A DNA stretch of 64,000 nt from Dipteris shenzhenensis. Taxonomy: Eukaryota. The stretch lies in assembly GCA_047967505.1 (NCBI GenBank), contig CM106538.1. One strand, given 5' to 3'. Below are positions 1 to 13,885 of the stretch, one piece after another. The position numbers were made by a program, and so were the translations under genes. Numbering within the stretch: the first letter of the stretch is position 1; each line of letters starts with the position of its first letter. Under the pieces are notes generated by a model that was not told the origin of the DNA, ran no database searches, and saw only the letters and a list, made by a program, of their open reading frames with translations.

Positions 1-135
1 TCAAATTTCATTTCTGGGTCTCCGAGGTTTATGGGTTTTTGCCCTTCGATCTTGCAGGCAACCTCACTTCCGTGGCATTGCTCGATCTGAGTATCTTTCA
101 TATCGCTTTATCGCCTCTTCGATCAGCCCGCAGCC

Positions 136-3100
136 ATGGCCACTTCTGAGGAAATGAGCTCCCTTTTCCCCATCTTCATCCTCTCTGTTATAGGTCTCTT
201 TGTCATTCCCTGGACCATTTACCGCCTCGCCAGAGCTGCAGAAAGCAAGAGCAAGAACATTCATTGTGCGTGCTCTCTTTGCAGCAAATCCGCGAAATAC
301 AGAACCTCCCTTGTAAAAAAGGTAGCGTTTCTCTTTTTTGTTGGGGGGGCACTTCTACCTTTAGCGTGCTTCTTTGCCGGGTCAATTGGATGATTTTTTT
401 TGTCCACAGGTCGGCAAATTTTCGACTTGCAGCAACGTGACGCTTGTGTTAATGTGGTTGATCATGGCATTCTTGGCTTACTACATCAAGCTCATAACCC
501 GGGAGGTATTTTTCAAAAGCATGTGCGACGTCTCTACGCTCTCAATTCTGTTAGCTCACACTTGTTGTCTGCCGTGTTGCAATCTGGCTTTGTGACGGTG
601 GAATATATCAAGATGCATGTCAATTTACGGTATTCTAACGAATTGGGGTCTTGGGAAATTATATATTGAGATAAGACATCAAATGGTTTGCCATCATGCC
701 TCTGAAATTGCTATAGAATCTTACTGCCATATTTGGTCTGTGTAAGCATGCTATGAACACTAGATCTTCACTGCTCTTAGGGATGGATGTGCGCTTGAAG
801 CCTCTAAGGTCCTCAACTACCATCTCGGTAACTCTCTCTCCTTTGTCAGGGGTCTTCTTGGATGGCTTCAGCTCCTCCACATCAGAATTTGTGTCTTCCA
901 TCTTTGAAACCTTCTTCTCTTGTGTAATCTCAAGCCTGGCTGCACTTGAGGATGCTGTGAGCATGCTGCTGGAGCTTTTAGTACAACTGGATCAGGCTGA
1001 GACTTGGTCTCTTGAAAAATGATGTCTTGACTCACCACTAGGTACTTCTTTTTTGGGCGTATGATTGAGAATTCTTCAACTCGTTGCTATTAGCCGGTGA
1101 AAATGTATCTCTTACTCCTGGGAAGATTCTTTTGGAGGACGCTAAAGGCCATTGTTGGGCCACACATCTGAAGGAAGGAGAACCGCTGTAGGACAGCAGC
1201 TGTAGCCCTTATTTTGATGCATGATCCACGTGGCACGCTTTGAGCAGGGTATTTTGTATATGTTTCTGTCGCTTTTTGGCAGCGTAATAAATATCCCTTT
1301 GGCTGTCGGTTAATCTAGATCTATGTGTCTACTTCAGTAACACTTGTGTGCATAACATGTAGTGAGATTTGTTTTGCATTGTGTGAACCTAGGGACAAAC
1401 CTTCCAATGGTGCTCTATTTTTTGACATTGTATTAGAGCCCCGAGGGAGACTCACAAGTGTGTGCTGTTTAGAGGTGAGAGCCTTTGCTTGAAAGAAAGG
1501 TGACCTCAACCCAGTTTGCAGAATGTGAGACCAACTCTGACATCTGAAGGACATGTAACTTTGTGAGACAACGTCTTGTTTGCTCATACCCAAGATAACG
1601 ACTCTGGAAATGGTAAGCCTTGTAATGGCAAGCCCAACTTAAAGAAGGGTGATGACAAATTTAACGAGGAAGAGGACTCTTCTAGTGGTATAGAGAAGAA
1701 AAAGGGGGGAAATGCTTCTCTTGTGACGAGCCTGGACACTATGCGAGAGATTGTAGGATAAGGCAGTAGATTAAAAGGAGTGCAGCAAGTATCCAAAAAG
1801 TCAAAACCAACGGCAACATGGTAACAACTGTGGAAGAAGCTTACATTTTTTGGTAATGACTCCGAGTATTGCTGAGATCAAGTATACGGACCTAGGTGAA
1901 ACTTTCTTGACGTTTGACATTGAGAAATGGACCAAAGAGCCTGAGGATCCAGGAACTTTTATACTGGTGAAGGAAAGAATTGATTGCATAGACTTGTTAG
2001 AGTTTGGAATTTCATAGTCATAGAGGGCTTCATTGTGGGTGTGCCCACCCGGAGATGATAGATAGGGAGAGGCCTGGTTAGGCTAGTTATGCAGACTGGT
2101 AGGGCTGAGTTGGAGCCGAAATTGGGGCGGGTTACCCGACCTGATTGGTCAGGTCAAACCTGATCCGGCTCAGCTGACCTGCTGGTCGGTCCTATGGCCA
2201 GCCTTGCTAGCCAACCAGGCTGGCTGGTGGGACTATAAAGGGCTCCCCCCGTCTCCATTCATTGTCTCACACAGGTCCCACTCTTGCAGCATTCTCTGTC
2301 TGCCAGCCCCTTGGTTGCGGTTGTATCCCTGCTCTCTCTCTCTCTCTCTCTCTCTCTCCCCCCCCCCCTCACGCTTCCGCTCGTGCACAACTCTCACATG
2401 GTATCATTTGCTATCATTGATGAGGGACCTAGATGTCGGAAATGGAGGAAAGACTCTCTCTAACCTCACACCGTATGCGGAATAGGATCAGCTTTGTCTC
2501 ACACTCAATGATGCAAACTACTCATGAATACCTCACTCAAAAAATAGAGCATAAACAGTGTATACAAGAGAGAGAGAACTCAGATCTTATTCCTCCATCA
2601 AGTAGTGGGCAAAACAAGCTCAGAGATGAGCACAAAATGACCAGCAAGGGGCTGGACTCAGACTAAGAACTCTTGTAGGTAATCTCCTGCTACGCACTGC
2701 CTGTTCTGGCTTTAGTGACTGTTGGAGAAGTGACGGGGGAAGGGGGCTTTTTATAGGGGCTGGCAGCCCCTAGAGGTGGCCGACCCCCTGGTTGGTTTTA
2801 CCAGGGCTGGACCAACCAGGCCTGGGCTGGCTGGCTGACCAGCCTGATCGGTTATGGCCGACCCTCCTGGGCAGCCTATAAATAGGGCCACTGTTGCTGT
2901 TGCTGCGGCACCCTTCCACCCCGCCCTTGAGCCCTCATTCGCGGCATGCTGCAGCCCATGATAGCCCCCCCATGATCCCTCCCCCTCAGTCATATGCCCC
3001 CCCATGTCCTCATATGGGGGCTCATAGGTAGGGGACATTGACTTCCAACACCCCCTCCCCATGATGCCATTGTGGGCTGATCCCCATGCGTCGAATGAGG

Positions 3101-6100
3101 TGTTCCATCTTCTTCTGTGGGAGAGCCTTTGTGAATACATCGGAAAGATTGTGGGTGGTCGGACAGTACATCATCTCCATGGTGTCATTGATAATGAGCT
3201 CCCGTACGAAGTAGTAATGGACTTCAATGTGCTTTGTCTGTGCATGAAGGATGGGGTTCTTCATGCTGGCACAACACAATACCCTCTTGTCGAACGCCTG
3301 GTGTCGATATCACCTGCCCAATCTGAATCACAGAACCCGCCCAACTCATTTCCTGGGGTGTATGTAATCCCATATGTGCAAGTACCCTTCATATACCTCA
3401 GCACTCGTAGACCTACCTTAAGTGATTCTTCCTGGGTTTTGCAGAAAACCAACACAGTAGCCCAACGGCAAAGGAGATGTCTGGCCTGGTGTTGGACAGA
3501 TAAAGCAAACTGCCTACCAATCTTCGATACCTGTTGGCATCCACCAGTTCAGGAGCAAGGGAGGTGCATCCACCAGTTCAGGAACAAGGGAGGTGGCTGT
3601 TTGGAGCAGATTAAACAGCTCACAAAGTCTTCATCGCTTGGCTGTCTATCAGGGCAGCAAGGAGGAGGGGAGCAAAGGGGGACCTTGTTCCTTTTGTATG
3701 GTTGCTGCCTCTTTTGATGAGGGCTCTCGAGCTTTCTCCCTCATATCAACCTCAATAGCCACATAAGCCTGGAAGCTTCACACCATCACACTCGTACCTT
3801 TATGGCATTCTGAAGTATGCACTCATGAGGACAAGTTTGTTCTGAAGAGAGAAAGTCAGGATAAGAGAGAGAGAGGAGGCAGAAGACAAGGGTTTGTTAC
3901 AGTCTCTTTTGTGAGCCAGCAGGTGTGGATGGATATGCAATTAAACAGGAGAGGGAAGATTTGATAGGACATCATTGAGTGGGAAAGGGCTTTTCACTGA
4001 TTGATGGGTATATTATAAGCTGTCTTCACTAGTCCTATGCAGGCATATGCGAAAATAGTTGGAATTCTAAACATGCCACTTGTAAGTACATAAATGGTTG
4101 GTGCCGTCTTGAGTTGCATTGGAGGTCCTGAAGCATTGGCTGGTCGTACTTAGTTTCATGTGCTCTCTGCATCTGAGTGACAGCTATCTTTCCTCAAAGA
4201 AATCCACTTGTTTCCCCTTTTCCTTTATGTCTAGTGGTAGATTCCTCATTTAAGTTTTGAGTCTTGAGGCCGTAGAAGGGAGTTGCATGCTGATTTCTGA
4301 GCTTTACACTGGATGGTCATGGAACTTGAAATTCGTTGCTTCTCAGTACAAGTGTAAGTGGACATTCTCAGTAATACTAAGAATGCTAAAACTTCTCTTA
4401 GTCAGATTTCAATTTTCTTTACTGTTTTTGTTGGTGGCAGCCATCTATGTCTCATATTCTACGCTGCTTGTATGACACAGATTCAACCTTTTGAGCCTTT
4501 TTCAATCCTAGGTCTTGATTCAGGTGCATCTGACACAGAGATCAAGAAAGCCTACAGAAGATTGTCTATCCAGTATCATCCAGACAAGAATCCAGATCCA
4601 GGCAGGACATGATTTGTGTTACATGGCTTGGACTATTGCATGGTTAAAAGCTTACCTTCTCATGTCTATCCAGTGACTAACCGGTGTTATCTCTTTCGCA
4701 GAGGCAAATAAATACTTTGTTGAGTTCATATCAAAAGCGTATCAAGCTCTCACAGATCCTGTTGCCCGGGAGAATTATGTCAAGTATGGACATCCTGATG
4801 GCCGACAGGTTCTCCTGATCACCCTTAGCATGTAAAATCTACAAGTTGAGTTAGCTTGAATCTTGCAAAGCTTGAAGTGATTTCTTTTGTATTTTAAGAG
4901 ATTTGAGGTCTCTTGGTTATAAATTGATGAAGCTTTTAGGTCTTCAATAAATATTATAGCATCTCTGTGGCACACTGATCTTTTCTCTGGATCCTTTATG
5001 TCTTACAGGGAATGCAGATGGGGATTGCACTTCCTCAATTCTTACTGAACATAAACGGCGGGGCGGCTTCTGGTGTTCTTCTGCTTGGCTTGGTTGGCAT
5101 GGGTATCCTGCTTCCTCTTTTGGTGGCAGTGGTTTATCTTTCTCGTTCCTCAAAATATACGGGAAATTATGTCATGCATCAGACACTGTCCAGCTACTAT
5201 TATCTTCTGAAGCCATCTCTTGCCTCAAGGTTTGTGTTCAATGGTGCCCATCACTTTTCACATGCATTAGAAGCTTTCCAAAATGTGAGATCACATGGTT
5301 TTGCTTGTACACTTGCGTAGCTTTGAGCAGTACTGCGGAAATGCCCTATAGAGCAGACTGCACCATAAGCAAAAATCCATATGGTCTAATTTGAAGCCAT
5401 TGTGTGCTTTGATTTGTTTGTTCCTCCCATCAGTAGTACCCTTTAAAATAATCTGCAGACTACTATAGCCGAATGCTGGTAGTGAGAGGAGTAGATTTTG
5501 TCTTATATTTTCTGGTTCTCTTCCATCATATGGCTTTGTGGAGCGTCAGTGCACTGTAAACAGCTCCAAGGATATTAGAATGATAGGATAGTCTGGAGTC
5601 TCAAGTTTGCGACTTCTCCTCATTGGTCTAGCAGAAAAATAGTGGGAGACCATTAGGCTTAGGTTTGTGCTCCGAGTGAGTAAGCCATGGATGGAATTGC
5701 CAAGGCTAGGTTATCAATGGCCTTCGTACAACTAGTGAACTGACCATAGCATGATTGAGTGACAATGAGCTTGTAAACTCAATGTTGGTACTTGAGCAGT
5801 GGTTTATTTGATGGGCACTTTTGTTGATATAGCTTATGTTGGCTGTCTGATGCAGCAAAGTGATGGACGTTTTTATCAAAGCTGCAGAGTATGTCGAGAT
5901 GCCAGTTAGGCGTAGTGATGATGAACCTCTACAAAAGCTTTTCATAGTTGTTCGAAGTGAGCTAAATTTCAATCCAAAAAATCTCAAACAAGAGCAAGCA
6001 AAGTTTTGGAAGCGGCATCCAGCTCTTGTCAAGGTCCTTTGATAACTTTTTCTAATTTGGTAAACTGTCTGGGGAAAAAACTGTGAAGTTGTTTTATATG

Positions 6101-6440
6101 TTGATCTGGTTGGGAAAAATCTTACTGTTCTTTTCCAACTGCCTGTGACATGTCATGCGGATATAGCAGAATGTGACATGATTCCTTTAGTTTTGGAAAA
6201 AGGATATATTGTGTAAAAAACAAAACCAATCATCAGTCTCACGATGAATGCTCCTGCATGCTTGGGTGCATGTTTGTGGAGACATCTTTGAGAGAGGTTT
6301 ATTAACATCTTTGGGAGGCATCGCAGGCCAATGAGACAGAGTACAATAAAAAAGGTAACTCATACAAGTCACTATGGGCTGAGGCAAAGGGTGTGCTAAG
6401 CCCTTGCTGAGTGCTATGCTAATAATCTTGGGGGGGGGGG

Positions 6441-6474
<34 letters not shown>

Positions 6475-6742
6475 TTCTTCTCCATGGAGGCCTTCGAGAG
6501 CTCTGTGATGGCCTGTGAATAGTTTGGAGGCCTTCGAGAGCTCCGTGATGGCCGCGACCTGCCTCTGAGCCCACCCTGCTGTGTGCATCCTCCTTGCCTT
6601 ATGCGCTCCGTTGGCTCCGCTGCTGTATGCACCGCTGCTAGATTAGGGTAGGCTGCTGAGAGGTTGAAAGGCTAGGCAACGGGAGGGAGAGGCTAGGCAA
6701 CCGGAGGCTGAGAGGCGAGGCGACGGGAGGGGGAGGCTAGGC

Positions 6743-6786
<44 letters not shown>

Positions 6787-9700
6787 AATCCACGGGAGAC
6801 CCTTGAGGATCTATGGGACTGGCGATCACTATCAACTAATAGTGATCCCTTACATCCATTGAGAGAAAATATTACAAACTTGTCATGTATTAAGTACTTG
6901 TTGGGCTAGCTTGCGTGCTAGACCCAGTACCTTGTTGTGATGTTCCAAAATCTCTTTCAAGTAGCTTCCTAGCTTTTGGCTGGCTGCTCCAGCAGATTTT
7001 TTAGATCTCTTCTGCCCCTATAGCAGAGTTCCAAACTTGTCATGTATTGAGTACTTGTTGGGCTAGCTTCTTGTTGCGATGTTTTAAAATCGCTATCAAA
7101 GTAGCCTCCTAGCTATGATGTTTGCGTAGGCTCTACATCTCAGGAGTACATGCTGTCATTTCTTGACATGTTGAAGGCATTTGCCCTTGTGATGTCTTGA
7201 GACCCTTCTGGATCTATGGAACCGGTGATCACTATCAACAAATAGTGCCAACGAAATAAAATACTATTAGACTTGCTATGTTAGTACTCGTTGAGCCAAT
7301 TTGTGTGCTGGCCCAAGGACCTTGTTTTGTTTTCCAAAACTTCTTTTAGATAGCTTCCTAGCTTTGTAGCTGGCTGTTCCCAATAGATTATTCAGATTAC
7401 ATCATATCTTGATGTGTGCATAGGCCCAACATCTTAGGAGTACATTGCTGCTCATTTTCCACCTCCCCCATGGGGCAGATTTTGCATATTCTTTCTTCTC
7501 TTGGACCCTTGATCTTGTCCACCTTCCCTTTTCCACTTCTAGATAATGTGAGCTGTCTCTCATTTTGCTTATTAGATGAATTTTGAACATTGATATGTCC
7601 CAAAGGTATTTTTGCATCCCATCCCATAGCTGTCCATTGGATTAAAGGACTGCAATTTTGCCCCTAGGTCTTGCCATTGTTTCTGTAGCATCTTTTGTGT
7701 CACTAGTTCATCCCTTCTTGGGGCCATCCAGTGGTTTGTGTAGCCCCCAATGCATTATGAGGTATCCTGCTGGCTGCCATCTTCTCAACTTTGTTGAGAT
7801 AGGCCATGAATTGGCATAATGCTTCCCCTTCGAGATGTATCAAGCTCATCTCAGCCAGTAGGATGGGGTAGGGTTTAACCCTCAATTCCCCAATAAGGAA
7901 TTTTAATGTAAAGTTTCTATTCTGGTCCAGTAGGTCCTAGAGAGCCTGGGAGCCCATGTTGGACACCCATAAAGTATCACTATTTGTATAAGCATAGTGT
8001 ATAGAAACTTTCTCATTTCCCAATTCCATAGGTGTGCTTTCCTGTAATTATCGGAAGCTGTACAAAGCTTTCTTGTCATCTTTCTCTTTTGTTTAATTGA
8101 TGTATTTTAGTAAGCATTGGGTTTGCCCAAGAGACTCCGTGGGTCTTTAGAAACCCAGTATACCTGCTTATGCTTGGGCACTGATGACGACATAAGTGTT
8201 GCTTGCTTGCTAAGTATGTCTACCTTTTGTTTTTCAAAAAAAAAATGTTAATTCTTTTTTCTTCTCTTTCGTTTTCTCTTTTATTTTCTTTGTAGAAATT
8301 TGAACTTTAGAACAACAAAAATCTGAATTTGTACTATTGGATATATTCTAGTCCTACAAAGGTCTATATAAAGCTTTCAAACTCCCTTGGGTACACATGC
8401 ATTCCACTGGTAGTTGTCAGTAAATTCCAGCCCTAGGTATTTGTATGAGCTGCATGTTTCCAAAGGCTCTCCTTCTAACGTGACATCAATTTGTTGTTTG
8501 CGAGTTCCAATCACCATGACCTTTGTTTTGGCTATGTCGACCTGCATTTCTGAGTGTCTACAGAAGCCCCCCAGTGCATCCAAATGTGCTTGCATTTTCT
8601 CCTTGCTCTTTGTGAAGAAGACTACATCATTTGCGTAAATAAGCAATAGTAGAGCATATCCTACAATTTTGAACACATTCTACATCCATTCTTCTAGGTC
8701 ATCGATAAAAAGATTGGCAGAGGGGACACCCCTGTTTGACCCCTATGTCACTGCTTATGACAGCGTTCCCTGTTGGAGCATGATCCATCCACAAGTGGTT
8801 GTGCTAGCTCGGCTAATAATTTCTCATATAGATTATGTAGCCTCTCTAAGTTTGTGGGGGACTTGGAGCTTTTCCGGTCTTTCCCATAATTTCTTGCGTG
8901 AAACTATGTCGAAGGCTTTCCTGAAATCTACAAAGCAACAAAATACAGCCTCTTTTATGCTTTGCACCTTCGGATGCAGCGCTTATGGTGACCAAATGGT
9001 CTGTTGTCGAATGCTTGGGACGGAAACCTGCCTGTTATGATGCCCAGAAGGCCCGTGTCTCTGCCCTTTTGCTGATTTTCTGCTCAAGAATAGTGCCATA
9101 TAACTGGGCCATGAGGCTGCTCACCATGATTGTGTGGTAGTTTTCCACTATTTTGTTGTCCCCTCTCTTATGGATTAGTACAATCGTATTGAGTTGCCAT
9201 TCTGGGGCGGAACCCTTTCTCTAGGGCCATATTCAAAAGCTTGGTGAGCAATTTATTTGTCTTCTCTCCTCCCCATGTGAGCATCTCCACTACCAGCTCT
9301 TATGTGTCTAGGCCTGCCCATTTGCTAGCTTTTTCAGCCCCTTCCCTACATCTTCTTCCGTTATGATATTGTTTGTTGCTTTGATGGGAAAGTCATGATT
9401 TACTTTCTCTTCTCCCTCCCTTTCGTAGAGATACTTGATGAACTGTATCATGTCTTCCCATGTTGCCATGCAATATCTGAAAATACTTCTTGGCGTTTTG
9501 TTTTAGCTCCTCAAAACTTTCAAGTTGCTTGCTTTCTGAAATCTTTCAAGTCTTCGAGTGGGCATTTGAGACAAAGCACAATAAAAAAGGTAACTCATAC
9601 AAGCCATTGTGGCTGAGGCATAGGGCGTGCTAAGGCCCTTTCTGATTGCTATGTTAATAATGTCAAAAACTCAAAAACTAAAGTACTCAAAACTAGTGCT

Positions 9701-11963
9701 GGGAATCAATCCAGGTGCCATGGTGGCTCTTTGGTGGGACATGAACATGCTTCGTATCTGAATCTGTCGAGTTGTCTCTCATTGTGTCTCTGTGATCTCT
9801 GTATCCGGTGGGCCCTATCAAGAGTGGCACCTTGGCTCGAGTGGTCCCCTCTGAGTAGAGCCAGGAAGGGCTGGACCTCCATCATGTGTGCCCTAGTCAG
9901 CCTCTACATCATGCAGGGTCTCTGTGGCTCTGGCTCTACCGCTTTGTGCAGTCTCTTCCTCATCACCCCCTCTTGAGAGGATCCACAGGTGAGACTTGTG
10001 ATTATGATATAAGCCACAAATAGACTTACCTTCCTCTTTCCTACAAGAACCTCTTGATAGAGAGTTCTCCTTTGGAAATGAGAAATGATTCCACCCAAGA
10101 GCAAGGTAATGAGTTCCTTTAGCTCAAAATCCCATGCACATGGATTGTAATACAAATGTGAAGAGGTGAAAGGAAGCTAAGGTGGTTAATCAAGGTTCCA
10201 AAGAGGGAATTGAAGGAGTCAAAGCTGTAGCTAATTCTCGACCCCATGACGCCAGAGACTCACACGACGAGCTCTACAGTGCGCTTGACATTTATCTTAA
10301 GGTGCAGCTGTTTGCATTCTTTGATTAAGCCTACTGAAACGTTTCCACAGAATTATGAACCCTAGAGAATGCACATTTTATTCACACATTTATTTTCCTA
10401 TCAACTTGTCCTGATTCTATCTGGGGTTTAAAGCTGAGCCCGATCAGTTCGACTCGCAAAGCAGACATGCATTCTTTTCCAAGATCACTGTCATTGGAAT
10501 TTGTACGATGTTGGCCATTTCTTTGTGGCAGGCCTTTTGAAAGTAGTTCATCTTGTTACATAACATTGGCCACCACCTTAGGAAATATAAATATTTCTAA
10601 GATTTCTAAGGTCTGTTAAAGATGGACAACTGAAAAGGTTCTACCCTTGGTATTGCAATTTTGGCCTTCATGTCACAGTTGTCATGAAAAACTTGTAGTG
10701 GCCTTCAAATGCGTTTGTCATCCGTTCACTATGACTAAGAACAATACCACCAACTCGGTAGTGCAGAGTGCAACTGAAATGGGGACAATTGATAGCCCCT
10801 AGATATGCCATATGCAGTATGGACTTTGCTTGTGACTAAAAGGTCATGACCACCGTTCTCAATGCCTAGATCTTGGAGCCGTGAGAGAAGTCAAGCTCAT
10901 GGTACCAAATTGAAGTCCTTTTGGAAATCAACGAAAGGGCAATATACTCTAGGGAATAGGGACACCACCTAGGCTCTAGCATTTATTACTGGTCATGAAA
11001 TTTTCTTCTGTTCCAGTTGCATTTGTGTGTGAGATCCTTGTCAATTGTATTTGTGTACATCCATGGTAATGGGTCAGCATTAGCTCAAAGGTTTTGGCTT
11101 TCACTGCTATGAAAAGAGTCCTGAAATCATTAAGTACTTCGTTACATGTTTAGGTGAGGATCTTTGACCACATATTCCTTTTGTTGCATCCTTTTGTTGT
11201 TTCAAGACTGACAGGGCCTTTCATTCTCTTAAGGTCCATCTATGGGCATGATAGATTTTGGTGCATTTTAATGCTAACTAAACACATGTAACGTGCAGAC
11301 AGAGCTCCTATTACTGGCTCAGTTAAGTAGGGAATCTGGTACGGTTCCTCCTGGTCTTCAGGCTGATTTTGCACATGTTCTTCGTCTTGCTCCTCGTCTG
11401 CTTGAGGAATTGATGAAGGTATTCTCCTAGCAGTGATTTTTGGACATTGCCAAAGTACAAAAGAAACTGAACTTATTTACTTTTCTGTTTATCAGTAAAC
11501 AGAAGATGTGAAGAGTGATGCTATTTCTCTTTTTATCATCTAAAGGAGATTAATTTCCCACCACATTAGTAAGGTTTGCAAAGAAACAATCATGTTTGGA
11601 ACAGATGGCTGTGGCTGCAAGAAATGCAGAGGGATATGGATGGCTCTGTCCTGCACTTGGAGTAATGGAACTTTCTCAGAACATCATCCAGGTCTGTATA
11701 CATATTTTACTGTAAAAGTGTAACATTTGTGTCTGAGACATTGTCACTGTTGTTGATTAGCATGCATGTTTCTACAGGCTGTGCCACTCAGTGCTAGAAA
11801 AGTTTCAGACAGGGCAATCAACGGAGCAGAAGGGATAGCTACATTTTTACAGCTCCCTCACTTCAGTGAACAGGTCGTGAAGAAGATTGGACGTAAGGTT
11901 GAGTCTTATCACAATGATGCTCAATGTGCTTCTAGGGTTTTCAGTAGCAAAATAATTAATGCC

Positions 11964-12006
<43 letters not shown>

Positions 12007-12098
12007 AGGATGCTCGTTTAGGAGCTCCACCCTTTTTGCTCATTGTATCAGGTTTTCTATCAGTCTCATAGACCCATCGGTCTTTAGTAGACTTTAAT

Positions 12099-12134
<36 letters not shown>

Positions 12135-13343
12135 GCATGCACGTACACATGCACATGCACACCGCCCACAGCCCCTCCACCAACCCGCACGTGCAATAAA
12201 GGGTCCAATCGTGAGTCAAAGTCTGAATTCATTGCATGCATGTGCACCTCAGGTAGGTACCTTTTAAGTACTGGTTTTGGCTGCTTCCCTGTGTACCTTC
12301 TAAATATGCTGGTCTGTCTGAGGTGCATGTGAAATGAACATATCTGTATGTAAGTTACACTTACCTAGAGTGTTGATGGCATAATGTAAAAATCCTTGGC
12401 ATCCGTAGTGATATGCAAGACACGACTGATTGGTGAATTCGATCTATTATCTTGTGGAACCTGGAATAAATGTATTCTGGACTTTGACGGTGAGTATTAA
12501 AACCTCATTTTGCAGAAAGTGCGATCACTGCAAGATTTCAGGGATCTGACCACCGAAGATCGTAGGGAGCTCCTGACATCTAAAGGCGATTTTACAGATC
12601 AGGAGGCATCAGATGTAGAAGCAGTGCTGCAGATGATGCCTGTGATATCATTAGATGTTACGTGTGAGACAGAAGGTGAGGAAGGCATCCAAGAAGGTGA
12701 TATTGTGACTATGAGAGCATGGGTGTCTTTGAAACGTGGGAATGGACTAGTGGTGGTGCATCCGCATGCCCCTCACTTTCCTTATCATAAAGATGAAACA
12801 TACTGGCTACTGTTAGCTGATACGAGCAAAAATTTTGTGTGGGTCTCTCAGCGAGTCTCATTTTTGGATGAGGCAGCAGCTGTATCAGCTGCCTCTAAGT
12901 CAATCCAAGAATCCATGGAGGGTACAGGAGCTAGTGACAAAGAAGTTAGTCAAGCTGTTAAAGAAGCGGTTTCTAAGGTTAGATCTGGTTCAAGGTTGGT
13001 CATTGTAAAGTTTCAGGCTCCTGCAGAGGGGAATTACAACCTGACTGCTTTCTGTCTATCGGACACTTGGATTGGCTGTGACAAGAAAATGAGTGTCAAG
13101 TTAAAGGTTGGCAAGAAGAGCCGTGCTGGTACAAGAACTGTTCTATCTGAAGAGGGTCTAGCTGCAGAAGATGGATTTGAAGAGGAGGAGGAGGAGGAGG
13201 AGGAAGTAGCATATGATGAAGATTATGAAAGTGAGTACAGTGAAGAAGAGGATGGAGATCTGAATTCTACAAAAGAGAATGGGAAACAGGGGCCAGCTGA
13301 GCTGAAGCAAAGCTTGGAAGATGAAGGTTCAGAGGACGACTAG
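136..13343 (+). CDS. ERDJ2: SEC63/ERdj2-type ER translocon J-domain protein, 10 exons, 687 aa
   Basis: Exons 136-321, 410-505, 4481-4601, 4702-4808, 5009-5229, 5856-6033, 11299-11418, 11605-11691, 11778-11897 and 12516-13343 join in frame (2064 nt including the stop). The protein has N-terminal TM segments, a J domain with HPD ([28 protein letters not shown]), YGHPDGRQG, a Sec63 domain and an acidic C-terminal tail. All introns are GT-AG except intron 3 (GC-AG). Confidence 0.95.
2050..2410 (+). mobile_element. LTR fragment with partial tRNA-iMet PBS (intron 2)
   Basis: Ends ...CTCTCACA immediately followed by TGGTATCA. Contains TATAAA and a CT tract. Resembles the adjacent inverted LTR. Left boundary approximate. 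Confidence 0.5.
2434..3480 (-). mobile_element. Ty1/copia 3' fragment (RT end/RNase H, PPT, 3' LTR) in intron 2
   Basis: Minus-strand peptides [16 protein letters not shown] and [13 protein letters not shown]...[12 protein letters not shown] at 3051-3060 (GGGGAGGGGG on -). TG...CA-bounded LTR at 2434-3050. Confidence 0.85.
6332..6426 (+). repeat. 95-bp dispersed direct repeat, copy 1 (copy 2 at 9567-9661)
   Basis: TGAGACA.AG.ACAATAAAAAAGGTAACTCATACAAG...TAATAAT is present twice in intron 6. Confidence 0.8.
6800..9560 (-). mobile_element. Degenerate LINE (RT region) plus stacked copies of its 3' region, intron 6
   Basis: [11 protein letters not shown] (degenerate YADD), KTKVMV and YKYLGLEF in ORF 8377-8676. 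Cys-rich C-terminus ([14 protein letters not shown]) near 7400-7500. Block GACCCTT..GGATCTATGG repeated at ~6818 and ~7201. Confidence 0.8.
9567..9661 (+). repeat. 95-bp dispersed direct repeat, copy 2
   Basis: Matches 6332-6426 with scattered substitutions. Confidence 0.8.
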
Positions 13344-13789
13344 CATAAATCAAGGAACGCCACGTGCTATACACCTATTGCAGTCTAAGATACATTTTAC
13401 CACATATTTTGGTAACCTTCCAAAATTCTAGGTGTAATTCCAGGCTGTTGGTTTGAGTTTAAATGCTTCGATTTTTGCAAGCCTAGCAAAGGCATGCTGT
13501 GAATCAGACAATGGTTGCCTGAAGGTGCTGAGTTTTACTACCTCCCAACGGTTTAGGGTCTGATTTCTATTTTTTGGCGTTGTTTTACATTTTCGGTTGG
13601 TTTTTCTTTTGTTAGAATCGCCAACAAGCCAGCAGAGGATTTTCAAATTATTTTAGGTTTAAAACTTGTGCACAAAAGCGAAGTCAGGTATAAATCATCC
13701 CTTTTTCCTTTTAAGTGTTTACTTTTCTCAGAAGTGCAACCAAGCATGCAGCAGAGTTTCAAGGTCTTAAGTTTCAAGACAGTAGCCTG

Positions 13790-13885
13790 TGTGCACAATG
13801 TACAAGTCAGGGAACAATGGAGCATTTGCTTTTCGTTTATACCTTTGTGCACAATGTACAAATCAGGGAACAATGGAGCATTTTC
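13790..13885. repeat. Short tandem duplication downstream of ERDJ2
   Basis: GTGCACAATGTACAARTCAGGGAACAATGGAGCATTT occurs twice, about 57 bp apart. Confidence 0.8.

Noticed and set aside
3061-3717. 218-aa plus-strand ORF in ERDJ2 intron 2
   Set aside because: Antisense to the copia RNase H remnant; not part of the spliced gene.
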